From Owenia fusiformis (Eukaryota), in contig CAIIXF020000001.1 in NCBI GenBank assembly GCA_903813345.2, forward strand, positions 37,076,001 to 37,140,000: a stretch of 64,000 bases of DNA, read 5' to 3'. A model generated the notes under the pieces. The model did no database searches, was not told the DNA's origin, and worked only from the letters and a program-made list of their open reading frames with translations. Below, piece after piece: positions 1 through 12,775 of the stretch. How positions within the stretch are numbered: position 1 is the first letter of the stretch; every line of letters starts with the position of its first letter. The translations under genes and the position numbers were made by a program.

Positions 1-119
1 CCCCAAACCAAAAATGGCCCAAATTAAGTTATACGTTAAGGCTCATTTCTTGGAAATTTGGCCTAAAATTCACAGTCAGTATGCAGTTGTAATTTGGGGC
101 AAGCCCAAATCATGATCTA

Positions 120-755
120 CAGGGTGTCCCGAAAGTATGCCCCCCCCCCTAGGCAGACATATTCCAGTCGCCTCATAGTATGTGCCATATATCATTTTAA
201 AGATAATCCAAAGTTACATTGATTTGCCAAGTATCATGGTTTAACTCCCAAATGGGAAAAAGTTACAGGCATTTCGAAAGTTGGTGTTTTGTCAAAATAA
301 AGTTCAATTTTACACCACATTACTAGTCAATGTGACCCCCCTTGGCCATGTTAACAGCAGCAATTATTTTCAGATATGACCTTAAAAGCCCTTCAAATAG
401 GGGTGCGGAATCTTATAACCCTCTTGACACCTGTTGAGGGACTTTAGAAGAGTTTCCTTAGAGTTTCTACCCTCACCGTTCTCTTTTTCCAACTCAATAT
501 CCATCCGACCCAAAAAGAATTGCTGCTGTTAAGATGGCCCGGGAGGACATATTGACTAGTGATTTGGTGTAAAATTGAACTTAATTTTGACCAAACACTA
601 AACTTTGAAATGCCTTTCACATTTGAGAGTTGAACCATGATACTTGGCGAATCAATGTAATTTTGGATAAGCTTTAAATTGATATATGACACATACTATG
701 ACGACACTGGTATATGTCTGCCTAGGGGGGGGGGGCATACTTTCGGGACACCCTG
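120..755. mobile_element. Tc1/mariner-type MITE with long imperfect TIRs
   Basis: Starts CAGGGTGTCCCGAAAGTATGCCCCCCCC and ends with the reverse complement (GGGGGGGCATACTTTCGGGACACCCTG); TA on both sides (118-119, 756-757); inverted similarity continues about 250 bp inward; no coding capacity. Confidence 0.85.
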
Positions 756-3464
756 TATACCAGATGGTATCATGATTTGGGCTTGCCCCAAATCAAAATG
801 CCCACTAATTCCCCTTCCCTCCGCTCCCCCCTTAATCCGCCAGGGGATAAGGTCAGAGAAAGTACTATGATACTAGAAACATGCAATATGAATAACCAAC
901 AATCCAAAAACATGTGAAAAATCTTTTTAATTATGATAAATATACAATTACAGAAAGAAGTTTATTCCCGAATACGATTTGTCTCTTCAAAAGGGTCAAT
1001 AAGACCTTTTTGATGATTAACCCAGCAGCCAAAGTAATATCGTGATCACATGTCATAAGCATAAAACACACCTCTGGATCTTTCCGTTGGAAATTGTCCA
1101 AAACTGCAGTCCTAACATTAGGACTAAGTTTCTGCCCCCCCTCCCCAAACCATATGTTGTAAACACAGAACTTAACTGTCAATCAACCTGCTCCGATGTT
1201 ATTACAATGTATTACCTCAATATTTTCATCATATTTGGGGATTGGGTGAGGGAATTGGACAGTGATTTGATACAAGCCTTTAAATACATAATTTACTTAT
1301 CTCATAACTCATTGACTAATTTCTCATTGTTTGTATTTCAAGAAATAAGTCTTGTTCACAGACTCCATTTTTATTTTCTTATTCCTCGTGCTGAAGTAAT
1401 AAAAATGAAGAATGTGCCAGAACTCCAGGTTGTTAGAAAATATAAAAACAGACCTGAAACTATGCATGCGAATGCCAATCTCATGTAAAGGTAAATTCAA
1501 ATAACATTGCGCCGGTTGATATGCATTAATAAAATCCTATTTACTAAAATGAATAATAAACCAAAAAATTATGAACCAGAAATAAACAATAAACCATAAT
1601 TTACTCCATAAACAACGTACTCGATTCTAAAACTATTTTTGAGAACAACTTACAACCAAATGATATTAGACAAAGTGATCAGCTTTTTGTTACATGTACA
1701 TTCATGTTTCAATCAATGAACATAAAAGAAGGTAAAAACGTTTCGCATCGGTACTAAAAACATTGAATATTTCTTTTATAATTACAATTTCTAACTCATA
1801 TCAGTACAATGTCTTACTATCTCACTCGCTTGAACATTAACATTTAAAATTAGATTTAATTTTGATTTCAACACCGTTAGTTGGCTGACTTACCCTTTCG
1901 TTTCTGCGACTCCAACCCTCTATTAGTTTATCACTGTTTATGCTCTGTGTATTCTTAGAGATCTCGGTCCATATGTTCTCTCGCTCCGCAGGATGTTCTT
2001 ATTTAAATAGATCACAATAAATGCATTTCCCTCATGATGTGGTTACAGATTTTAATGTTCTGTAGCGAAGCCAGACCAGACTACTACTACTGTCATAGAT
2101 GATGTAGGAATATTGACGCAAAGACTTTACCAGCTACCAGGGAAATGACAAACACATGCATGCAGATGATGTTACAGCCATTACAATGCGACCCCATTTA
2201 GCAACAAAACATCACGTGACGTTTAGGACGACATGTGTTTGTATACATACATTGTGTTCTAAAAGCCCCTTTCTTTATAGTAGCCCCCATACACTTCCAT
2301 GTCTAATTACATTTTCATCTGGCAAATTGATATAAAAATGGGCCTTATTATGTTTTTAGAACCAGGACCTGTTCATGACTGTATGTTCGCAGTATGAACT
2401 AATTGGTGGTTCAGTCATCGCATAGTCGTTACTGTCACGTTTCACCAATTAATGAGTTTCTAGATAAAGTACTATAAGGTCACTAGATGGCAGTAGTGAT
2501 TCAGTTTTTATGTACTTTTTATAGAAATATAAATACATTTCTGTTGGGCTAAATGATTTTTACTTAGGCCCAAAACAAATCACATATACTATAGCAAACA
2601 TGTATAAGTATATAATTTATAAACTAGTATCCACGTATTCTAACTTTTCATTTTTTAAAAAGGAAGATCATAGATACAAATGAAAATGTAAATTAAGTTT
2701 GCAGTGTTATTGTAATGTTCGTGTCCTTAGATTTTTAATCATTTGCTTTTGGTGTTTAAGTAATATAGTACTATGCATTGATGTTTTGACCCGATGCGAC
2801 CAATGTTCCAAATACATAGTATGTAGCTTATCATATATTTACTGGTTCTCTACTATTTCATGTTGTTGTGACACAAACCGGCATCTGATATCCTAATTAT
2901 TTTCATGTGCTCATAATGCATTGGCATGATTCACGTGATTCTTGCAGTAAATATGATTTAGTTGATTTAAAAGCGTTGGTTTTATCTGAGACTATCATAA
3001 AATTGTTATTGAGGTCATATCCAAACCCTGTGAAAACTAACAGTTGGAAAATGCACATTGTTCAAATACTTGAAAGAACGTTTCATTAATCTATCTTAAT
3101 TATGTTCGAAATCTTTAAATTACCACCATGCTCCTAATTATGGCTGTGCTTCCTTTTTGCAGGTGCTCGTCACACTTAGTGCCTTTATATCACATAAGTA
3201 TATATAATATTATTTTTAGCAATCACCAAAGCTGTTTTTCAGATGAATCAGGATCAATGATTTTTCAAGATTACTTTTAGCTATTCTTAATTTCTCAACT
3301 ACCTTATATCATGTACCATTTCATATCATATCGTATCATTTCATATCGTATCGTATCGTCATTGTTTTTAAGTATTTAAAAGATAAAAATCTTCAAAATA
3401 TCCGATATATTTATTTTTATGGGTGCAGTTCATATTTATAGGTTTCAGGCCACAGTAAGATATT

Positions 3465-3951
3465 AGGGAGGTTAAGCTACACATGTACACGTTTTTAAAA
3501 CACAGTACATAAACGTGCATACTCATGGTCCTTGGATTAGTTCTCCCATTTATACTGTTTACTTGGCCGCGATTGAGTATAAATATAGGCCTACATACGG
3601 AAAATATAATAATTAGGTCCCTGGAAAAGTGAATTGAGAACGGGACAGTAATCCCAGCAGCTCGAAATATTACACCCTCTCACATATAGGTTCTCTTAAA
3701 ACGTGTAGCTTAACCTCCCTTTAAGATTCAAGTTTTTTAGAGAACGTTTACGTGAACGTGTAGAATTAAGGTCCCCTGTGGATTGATTTTCCCATAGTAT
3801 CTACTTGCCCGACTGAGTATAAAGGTATATAACAAGAGTTGTAATTAGGCCACAGGAAAAAACATTTGGTTAGGGGACAGTAATCCACGGGATCATAATT
3901 TCACACATTGACGTCCAGGTTCTCTTTAAAACGTGTAACTGAAACATCCCT
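3465..3951. mobile_element. MITE (3465-3720) followed by an adjacent partial second copy (~3735-3951)
   Basis: TIR AGGGAGGTTAAGCTACAC ... GTGTAGCTTAACCTCCCT; internal motifs (gggacagtaatcc, gactgagtataa-like, ggttctct..aaaacgtgta) recur in the second copy. Confidence 0.7.
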
Positions 3952-5174
3952 ATTGTAGAAGCTCTGTGTCCGACTTCTCTCAGAAATAATTATCAGAACT
4001 AGCTTCACGTGCACATTTTATGCCTATAAATAGCTGACATTAATTTCATACTAAAACTATTATAAAAGACATTTGAGATCAATTATGGTATTAGATGTTA
4101 TCGGCATCCAAATACTGTAACGGTACGAAAATACACTGAAATACGTGAAGCAATAGGATTGAGAAGATGAAGAAGTTTGTTTCAAAGTTGTTGAGTCGAT
4201 AAAAAGATGGCAGTTTGTGATGGAAGATGGTGGAGGATCAGTCCTGGCGATGTCCCTGGTCAAATGGTTCATTTCAAAGCTGGTGGCTTTATAGCAGTGA
4301 AGCCCGGTTTTGAAGCCGGATGATTCTGACATTACTGACCACATCTTTCTGTTTTTCAAACTACAGCAATATGCAGATTGATATGAATATAATTGTTAGA
4401 AATGCCATTGTGGATTCTCACGATGGTTATGTGATGCCACAAAAAGGTAATAATTTCGTGTGTTTTCTCCATAACCAATGCTCCACAATCCACTATTCGC
4501 TCACCCAGATATACAATCAAGAAAGGATAAAGAAGGCAAAAGGCGTACGACAAAAGAGGACCAATGGTTCATAATTAATAAAGGTTAATGGTCAAAATAG
4601 TCTTCTAGATTGTCGGAAAATTCAAAGTACAATAAAAAGCAGAGTGGATTGCTCGACAAATAATTGCTTTCATTACGAGGTTACCCCAGTATGTGTGACT
4701 TTACCACATGCCCTAGTACGAATCATATCTGGAGGTCTGAGGTCGACATACCCAGACAAGCCCACAATGCTCCAAGTGCACGCAATATATATATACTTGT
4801 GATCAAAAACAAATAATATTTATCAGATTATCAGTTGGTCAAGCATTGAGGAATAAGTCGTCAACATATCATGCTTTGATATGGGTTGTCTCTTCTAAAT
4901 GTGTTACATAACCATATCAAGGAAGATGTTGCGATGGAATATTCCTTTGCGGACAATGTCATGGCTTCCACCAAAATAGCTACCTACCTGCCCAAAGGTT
5001 GACTTGTAATCATAAATCACAATGGTACAAAGGTTGTGTTGAAACAAAATTGTAAATCACCATCCCTGTTGTACTGCTCTCCAAAGATTTAGTAACCAAA
5101 AATCGCCTTTGGACCGAGTGTTAAAACCACTTTATTTTCCACACTTAAAGAGGCGGTGTAGAATGAGGATCTTG

Positions 5175-5208
5175 TATAAAACCAATCCTCAGTCTCTACT
5201 TGCTCACT
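5175..5208 (+). promoter_or_regulatory. TATA box and Inr-like element of the secreted EF-hand gene
   Basis: TATAAAA at 5175-5181, TCACT about 30 nt downstream (5204-5208), ATG at 5229. Confidence 0.6.
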
Positions 5209-5228
5209 GGTTTACATAATTCAACAAG

Positions 5229-5284
5229 ATGAAGTTGCTCCTTACAGTTGTGGCATTAGCACTGTACTTTACAGTTGCATCAGC
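5229..5284 (+). CDS. Secreted EF-hand protein, exon 1 (signal peptide MKLLLTVVALALYFTVAS-A)
   Basis: ATG at 5229; basic residue, hydrophobic core and A-x-A cleavage motif; donor GC|GTAAGT, phase 2, compatible with the exon at 5954. Confidence 0.8.
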
Positions 5285-5328
5285 GTAAGTACAATTCTAA
5301 ATTCATGGCATTAGGCCGATGCGAAGAT

Positions 5329-5435
5329 TAGCCTTGCCCAATTCGGTCTCTTTTACTATCTTGATTTCTATTATGACCGCCGGTAATAATTCAAGATCAG
5401 ATAAGTTAAAAAAAATACCGACTTGGGCAAGGCTA
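5329..5435. mobile_element. Short palindromic MITE, copy 1
   Basis: TAGCCTTGCCCAATTCGGT ... ACCGACTTGGGCAAGGCTA; same TIR family as 6426-6521. Confidence 0.7.
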
Positions 5436-5953
5436 GCCGAAGATGTGAACGAACAATTTGCTCATGCAGAATTAGCATCTTATTTATACCAGTTTTAGAT
5501 AAAGTGGAAAACAATAGTTCCCATGTTATTTTCCCATAGGGAAAACTCATGCGATCCATTGCTTTCAGCTTAATTTTGGTCACCCATGGTGGATATCTTT
5601 AAAACCAATGAAGTAATTACTTAAGTCATTTAAAGGTGTTAACTGGGTGTCAAAACGCAACATATTGATGCAACAAAAATTGAATAAACAGGGGTGGAAG
5701 GGGTTGAAAATCAGGACGACATTTCAGAAAAAACGTGTGGGTGGGTTGTTTGCATCTTCCCTGTCTCAAGGTTGAAATTATTTTATCATCTCTATGAGTG
5801 CTTTTCCTGGAGGTTATGCACTGGCCTAAGATATGCAAATATGTTGCGTTTCTTTCCCTTCTCCTTTTGCGGTTTACTGTATCCATATCAAGTTAAAGAA
5901 CGAGTATCGACGAATTGCAAATACAGTTTTGACATTTCGTTCCCCTTTTGTAG

Positions 5954-6084
5954 ACAGGTGAACGAGAACCTTGTAAATTTGCTCTGGAACAATATCGAGA
6001 GGTTACGACAGTCAACGGATGTGAATCAGCCATGCGTCAATGGAAGAGTGTTCGAAGCCATGTTCTTTAGTTATGACACTGATG
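5954..6084 (+). CDS. Secreted EF-hand protein, exon 2 (QVNENLVNLLWNNIERLRQSTDVNQPCVNGRVFEAMFFSYDTD-G)
   Basis: Acceptor tccccttttgtag, donor G|GTAAGT; open frame, phase 2 in and phase 1 out; ends inside an EF-hand loop. Confidence 0.8.
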
Positions 6085-6425
6085 GTAAGTTAACCTAACG
6101 ACCTGTCATCTTCTTTTAATTTTAACATGTGCAATAACTTATAGTAGTTCCAGATTTCAGTAGAAATAAGAACCGAATGCCATTTCCCTCTCCATATGCC
6201 CACTTTCTCTGCTCTCTAATAGTAAAGGTTATCTTTTTCACCTCCATATGTCACTTCCCCCCATCTCTACATGTCATTTCCCCTCCCTAAATGCAAATGA
6301 CTCTATCTCATTCTTCTTCTACCTAACGTAACCCCTCTTTCTATTCTTCTCTAAACGTCATCCTCATGACCACTCCATACCTACTTTCTTGCTCAGTTTC
6401 TCAAATCTCTATGCCATTCCCCTGC

Positions 6426-6521
6426 TAGCCTTGCCCATGTCGGTTTTATTTGTTATTTACCTTGATTTTCAATTGATATAAAATTTAAAAAAATAAAAAG
6501 ACTCCGACTTAGGCAAGGCTA
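6426..6521. mobile_element. Short palindromic MITE, copy 2
   Basis: TAGCCTTGCCCATGTCGG ... CCGACTTAGGCAAGGCTA; TIR shared with 5329-5435, interior diverged. Confidence 0.7.
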
Positions 6522-6698
6522 TTCCCCTTCCTACATACCCCTCAACCGTTCGCTTCATCTGCCCTCATCTCCAGACTTTTGAACAACTTCGTGTTATTTT
6601 CCTCAATGTAAAAAAGATATGTATTATTTTGTTTTAAAAATGTGATGTAGATTGAAAAGAGGGACGGAGACATCATACAGCCTTCCTTACAACCCCCT

Positions 6699-6785
6699 TT
6701 TACCTTGAACCAAGGTGTTAAAATCCATTAATCCTAACTGCTTAGTTAGGATTAATGGATTTTTAACACTTTGGTTCAAGGTAAA
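6699..6785. repeat. Near-perfect ~87-bp hairpin / foldback, possibly a tiny MITE
   Basis: TTTACCTTGAACCAAGGTGTTAAAATCCATTAATCCTAACT-gctt-AGTTAGGATTAATGGATTTTTAACACTTTGGTTCAAGGTAAA. Confidence 0.85.
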
Positions 6786-8060
6786 GTCTTGTCTGCACAT
6801 TTTCAGGTGAACCGTTTGGTAGATCAATTTCAAATTATCAGGGATGATTCTTAGTATGAAATCAAGATCTGATTAGTTTTTTGGCATTCTGGATAAATGT
6901 CAAGGCAGCCATTTTGGATTTTCCGTCTTAAAATCTTGCCCGTAAATACACGTCGCACGAAACTGGGGACAATTAGAGTAACATTATGGCGTCAAAATAC
7001 CAAAACAATACAATGGCCGGTATAGGGCGCAATCAGCATTATAACGTCAAAAACGACAAGCGTTACATTTTGTCAAGTTTAGTCAACCTAAAAATAAGAT
7101 GCTTTATTCTTATTCAATCCTGGTGAAATTCACAGAACAAGAAGATCTCGAAGACAGTATTTCTAAAATGTTTTTGATTTTTGAAAAACGGTCAGGAAAT
7201 TCACTCGGGGCGTTAGTAAAAATTGATATGTATGGGATTTGTGGTAAAAAATCGATGCGTTACATTTTTTCAAGTCTCTAAAAGCAACTCTTATTCTCTT
7301 ATTATTTGAAAAATAAAGAAATCGGTTATTGTTTTGTAAATTTCGCCATGACAATATTGTGCAGTTAAATTTTTTTTGAAATCAGACCTAAATTAGAAGG
7401 TTAAATAAATGTAAACTTATTGCTTGTCTCCCTCGCCTTCAAAACCTTACACAATTTTGAAAATCTTAAAAGCGTTCATATAAGACGATTTGAACTGTAG
7501 CCGCTAGGCAGTTGTGACGTCATAAAAGCACATGTTTCAATGAATAAAATGTGAAATTTTAGTAAAATTCTGATCAGTATTTCAAAAGTTATCCTGATTT
7601 CAACGAACCGTGAAAGCGTGAAATGTTACGCCTTACAGCGTATTTGACGATGTCGGAGTACATTTAACTTAAAAAATATGGTAGATCCCATCACACTTTT
7701 CAAGGAAAAATAATTTCAGTGAAATGCGAATAAAAAATACTTCAAAATGATATATAATGCATATAGTTAGCTTTTTAAATAAGGCAGATATTAACGCTTA
7801 AAGCTGAGATTAGCCCGTATTTCCCGAATTGTCCCCAGGTCCGTGCACGTCATAAAAGTCTTGTCTACGCGTTTTTAGGTGAACCGTTTGGTAGATCATT
7901 TTCAAATTATCAGGGATGATTCTTAGTATCAAAATCAAGATCTGATTAGTTTTTGGGCATTCTGGATAAATGTCAAGGCAGCCATTTTGGATTTTCCGTC
8001 CTAAAATCTTGTCTGTAAAGTCTTGTTTACATGTTTTCTGGTTAACTGTGTGACGAATCA
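6786..8060. repeat. Tandem ~160-bp core units (~6786-6942, ~7857-8013, partial third) interrupted by an insertion
   Basis: Near-identical aggtgaaccgtttggtagatca...caaggcagccattttggattttccgtc.taaaatcttg at ~6806-6939 and ~7877-8011. Confidence 0.75.
6947..7852. mobile_element. Non-autonomous DNA transposon (~0.9 kb), superfamily unassigned
   Basis: Imperfect TIRs (GCACGAAACTGGGGACAATT ... AATTGTCCCCAGGTCCGTGC); TAAA on both flanks (6943-6946, 7853-7856); the uninterrupted neighbouring unit has a single ctgTAAAgtcttg site. Confidence 0.65.
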
Positions 8061-8089
8061 ATATCAGCCTACACTCCACTATTATGACA

Positions 8090-8337
8090 TGTAAATCGAG
8101 TCAAAGGAAAATTGCTTCCTCTATATAAAATGTTTCAAAAGAGGGCATTTAATCTGGAACGTTTGCAATAACATTGTAATATTGATGCTATTTATGTATT
8201 TATATAAGTGTCTCATAAGCCGGCATCGGCTAGAGGTTTTTTATTAATGTATTTTAGTATTGTATTGTATTGTATATGTATGAACCTGTGACACTAGCCT
8301 ACATGTATAATAAACTATATAAACTAAACTAAACTTT
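8090..8337 (+). mobile_element. Probable 3' end of a CR1/L2-like LINE
   Basis: Small stem-loop (agccggcatcggct), TTGTA-rich tract, AATAAA and an (AAACT)n microsatellite tail; typical architecture, but no readable RT frame. Confidence 0.4.
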
Positions 8338-9184
8338 AATTTCTTTGTTCAAAACAAAAAACATACAATCATAGAAAATAGAAAATTGAATAGCGAAACA
8401 TCTTGTTTGCTTATCTCAAGTTGATGGCAGAGTCATTCGATCGGAGTTTGTACCACGATGGCGTGCCAATACCAACATGACAGAGGCTGACACTAATGCT
8501 GTTTTTGACTTGGTTGTACGTATCGGAAATTCTGGGAACCCTAACAGCATCGAGAGGAATGACGTCGAGGCGTTCTACAACACATTTACAAGAGATGGTA
8601 TGCTTCACCAGTTAGAACCGTCCTCATCTAGTTGGCATTTGTTCCGTTCTTTATAAATTCTTGTCTTGGGCCATGGGGGATATTTTGAATTTTGTCAAAT
8701 TAGATTAGTGTCACTTTGTCAATCTTTCAGTTTTGAATCAAGTTCGGTTGTCATTGTTGCTAGTTCTGTTTTGTTTATATACTATAATATATTTAGTATT
8801 CCTTGATGAAGGTAACATTACTGATTGTGTTTCCAATGACGTTGTTTTGAGGTTGAAGATGATCCAAATGTGCCTTTGCTTGTTCTTCACAATTATTGGT
8901 CTTCACAACCTGTATTAATTTTGGTATAGTGCAGCTTACCGATCCAAAATTTAGAATCCTATATTTCAACGATTGTCCGACTGAGAAATGGGACCATAGC
9001 CCATGCAACAATATTGATTCGAATGGAGATAGGTTGTTGGTGAGTCTATTTAATGGCCTGATAACATTTTCTGGACTGGACATTACTGAGCTCCCGAGGA
9101 ATCTATTTTCTGAGGGAACTCGACTCAATTTTTTAGGGTAACCATGTTCCCGAGGCCTATGTTGATTTCTTTTAATAATTTTAG

Positions 9185-9231
9185 GCGACGGATGCATCAG
9201 TGAAACTGATTTCAAGGCCCGATGGAGGGTG
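9185..9231 (+). CDS. Secreted EF-hand protein, exon 3 (G-DGCISETDFKARWRV); downstream exon(s) not located
   Basis: Acceptor ataattttag, donor GTG|GTAAGT; phase-1 join completes the EF-hand loop DTDGDGCISETD followed by F. Confidence 0.8.
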
Positions 9232-10996
9232 GTAAGTAGTAAATATTGAATCTTTTATTGCAAAAGTGTCTCTATCTTTCATTAGTTGTGAAGTAAATTC
9301 CGATAAACAAAGCTCGCAATTTGTGCATTTACATGGAATTATTTTAATTTAAGATTATCGCTGATCTGCCAGACAAGGGTGCACAGGTTCCACCTCCATC
9401 CGTTAATGTACAGATATCATGATCTATCGACAGATTATCATGGACAGATAGACTAAATCATGTGTGATAAAAAGAGTAATAAATTACTTTTAAATAAAAG
9501 TTTCTTTGTCATAGTAAGTTATTTGTTCTTTTGTTCTCGTTTGGATTACGAGTGTTCAACTTTCTCTGTATCTATAGACTCTATATACAAGGCTTACTCT
9601 ATAACTCTATGTCCGATCATAAGTTCGAATAAAAGTTGTGTTTCAAATATAAATTGCATGACATATACGAGACCAATGTTAATGCTAACAGGGGGAATCG
9701 GACCTGCAGGCCTTACTTTTTATACATATTGTTTTCTGTTTCGGAAAATTCGATATGTGATGTATCTAATGGCGTCCAACACAACCTAATGGCGTCCAAC
9801 ACAACCTATTGACAGCCAATGCTACCTAATATCGTCCATACGATATATTGATATATAATAATACGCATAGTTGTATTAGTATTAATGAATAAATTGACAC
9901 ATGTTGATACCTAGTTTCGTTTTAGAATCTATATCTACGTAAAAGGTTGATAGATTATAATTCATTGTTGATCTTGGTGTTGCGCCATATTTGAATGTGA
10001 GTATTTTATGTCTCCGTCTTTATATGATATATTATGCAAATCTGGAATGGAAAACTACATGAAGTTCATTTTAATTTGATATTGAATATTAATTCTTTTA
10101 AAAGATCAACGTAATAAACTTAAAAATTAATTAAAACCCTGACAATTTGTCTGAAAAGATTGACCGGAATTACATGAATTTGGAATTAAATTCAATATGA
10201 AAATTTGGGGATACCCCTTTTTGGGGATGCCTCTTTTCATTGCACTGTGTACTTGAAGACGATTGTCGAAGTTGAATTATATTAAAAACTGAATTAATAC
10301 ACATGTGTAAAAGAAAGTATGCACTTTCAATCACTGATTACGTGTCAGCGTATGGTATCGTGTCAGATTGTTGGACTATTAAATATGTTTGTTAATGGAA
10401 CCATTGGGAAATATCAGTGTCCCAGATCCAAATGGTAATACATTAAATGCATCTATTGCAACTATAATTGTGTGCTTAAAATGATCAAATGTTTTTTTCA
10501 TTTAAATCATTGAACGACGATTTTGGAAATCTGGACAGAACACAACCTGACTTTGTTTTCCAATAAAAAGGATTGCTTTATAGACGACCACTTTTCACAG
10601 CAGTAAAACTATATTCCAGAAACTACGATTTTTAATCATCATGAGTCCTAACGCAGATTGTTATGTTCTTTCTGAATAATTAAAATAAATATATACCTAC
10701 AGGTATGGTAAACAACTACAGTCTTGTCAGATTCCATTATTTCGTAATACGACGATACGTAAATTTAAGAAAATAGTATGCTGTCACAGTGTGAACCCAT
10801 TGTGAGTTTGACAATTTTTATGCATGTAAGTTATCTAGTATAATATACATGTATACACCACGCATTAACATCTCAGTACACTAGCAGACAATTTAAACAT
10901 TTTTAACGTATTCCTGAGCCTCAGGTTTTAACACCACGGGGACCTTATCATCTGATCCTTAAAATAATATAAACTGACAACATGTTTGATAAATAC

Positions 10997-11300
10997 CAAG
11001 GAGGATTGGCTCCCAGAGTGCAACATCGATATTCTGCCCCATATATGGGCATGTCGTGCTACAAAATTTGAATTCCAACTACCGCCATTTTGTTCACTTC
11101 AACATTTGAATCGTGAATTTTGGTCTTATTTCCCAACGAAAAATTCCAAAACTCACAAAAAATGATCGAGATATTGGTTCGAATATTTTGAACTGTTTAT
11201 TTTGAATTAATAATCGGTTATAATTTCAGAAAATAACGACATTTCGGCGTTTTCATTGTTGGAAAATATCGACTTCGATTCTGGGAGCCAATCCTCCTTG
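10997..11300. mobile_element. MITE with 8-bp TSD (P-element or hAT type)
   Basis: 21-bp perfect TIR CAAGGAGGATTGGCTCCCAGA; exact TSD ATAAATAC at 10989-10996 and 11301-11308. Confidence 0.9.
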
Positions 11301-12672
11301 ATAAATACGTTATCTAACAAATTGTAGGCCTAATTACGACAAGCCAAATGTCACCAGCAATTTGTTACAAGTGAGAAATCCCAACCGCTGAACAATGTTC
11401 CCTAAACTTAGATACCCTGATAACGAATATATCACCACTCTGGCTGTACTGTAACAAAAATAGGAATAAGTCATTCAGTTATAACACCGTAGGGTAACAT
11501 ACCTTAGTATAAATGGTTAGGGAATGAACAAATATTGGGTAATAGATGTTAACTTATTGAGAATCACGGCAATTAATCACATGGACGGCATTACGTTGTT
11601 GGCTGGCTTGTTTGGTGGACTGGACTGTTTGGTGGACGGGATAAGGACAGGTGGACGGGATTAGGAAACGCAATTGTCCACCTTTTCTATGATATTAACC
11701 AATCAATGTGCGATGATTTGAAACGAGACCCTGCAAATAATGTTCGTTTTATTGATGTTTCATATAGGCCTAGTTTTCAAGTGGTTTTGATAATCTTCAC
11801 CGTGTTTTTTAATAAAAAGAAAAATACAAAAAGTGAACGGAATTAGGTGATCCCCTATTTCTTAGTTTTTCAAAGAAATCTACAAATATTTCGTTGCAGT
11901 TTCATCTTTACATCGTAATTTCAATCACCGCCATCACTTTTCAAACGATCTACCTTGAAATGTCAAGACGTCATGCCATTCCAATACTTATAGAACTTAA
12001 TGTGACTGTCATTCACCATTTATTAAGCAGTAAAAAATTAATTTGCTCCATGGGTGACAAATTATTCCAAATTTCCCGGTGAATCTAATTTTAGGAGATC
12101 TGTCTGTATGGGAGTATATTAAATGAAAAGATGGCAGCACAAATACAAACATATATTTCTGTTATGATATTATATTTAAAAATAAACTCAGAGGAAGTGT
12201 AAATTGTCACTCGTTATTTTTTGTTCCCTGCTCATCACCCTAATTTTTTGATTTTGAGAGAATATGGTTTGAGAAACAATTAAGGTCAGTGTATTGACCA
12301 GTTCTTCATGCATTCATGGAAAATGAAAAAGTGAACCGTGGGCTGAGCGATTTTTACAGTTATGACGTTAATCGTTACATTGTTATTTATAAACAAAGGT
12401 GTAGACATGACTTCAAAATCACCAAAAAGTCAAGTGACATTCGACATTCAACATTTCCTCCAAGAAGATTGTGAGATTCATATTAGGGCATCTGTCTGTC
12501 ACAGGTATCATTTGTCCATATCCATGGACAACAGTGAGAATCAGTCAAGATGTCATGCATCCTTATATCATTCCCAAAAGTATTTTTCTTAAATTGAGTT
12601 CGACCTTCACATCGGCCTTTATCATTTAAATTTCCCGGTCAATTTTTTCGTGCAGTGTCAGGTGCTCCGAAG

Positions 12673-12775
12673 TGCATCATGGGAGTGATGTCACGATTGC
12701 GGCCATCTTTGAAAATGAGCAAGAGTTCGAAAAGTTGAGAAGGGATTTACGTTTAAAACAAGGCGTATGCGACCG
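12673..12775 (+). promoter_or_regulatory. Probable promoter and non-coding first exon of the TALE homeobox gene
   Basis: TGCATCATGGGA (ZNF143/Staf-like, 12673-12684), GCGGCCATCTT (YY1-like, 12699-12709), strong donor CCG|GTGAGT at 12776; CpGs are common here and become scarce shortly downstream. Confidence 0.55.

Noticed and set aside
8793..9215. 140-aa minus-strand ORF and 81-aa plus-strand ORF containing IDSNGD
   Set aside because: No recognisable family; the plus-strand candidate exon is phase-incompatible with the EF-hand gene, whose exon 9185-9231 explains the coding-like part.
9578..9633. Possible terminal exon of the EF-hand gene (TLYTRLTL*) with nearby AATAAA
   Set aside because: Acceptor and phase fit, but the peptide is uninformative and several other acceptors fit equally well; not supportable without transcripts.
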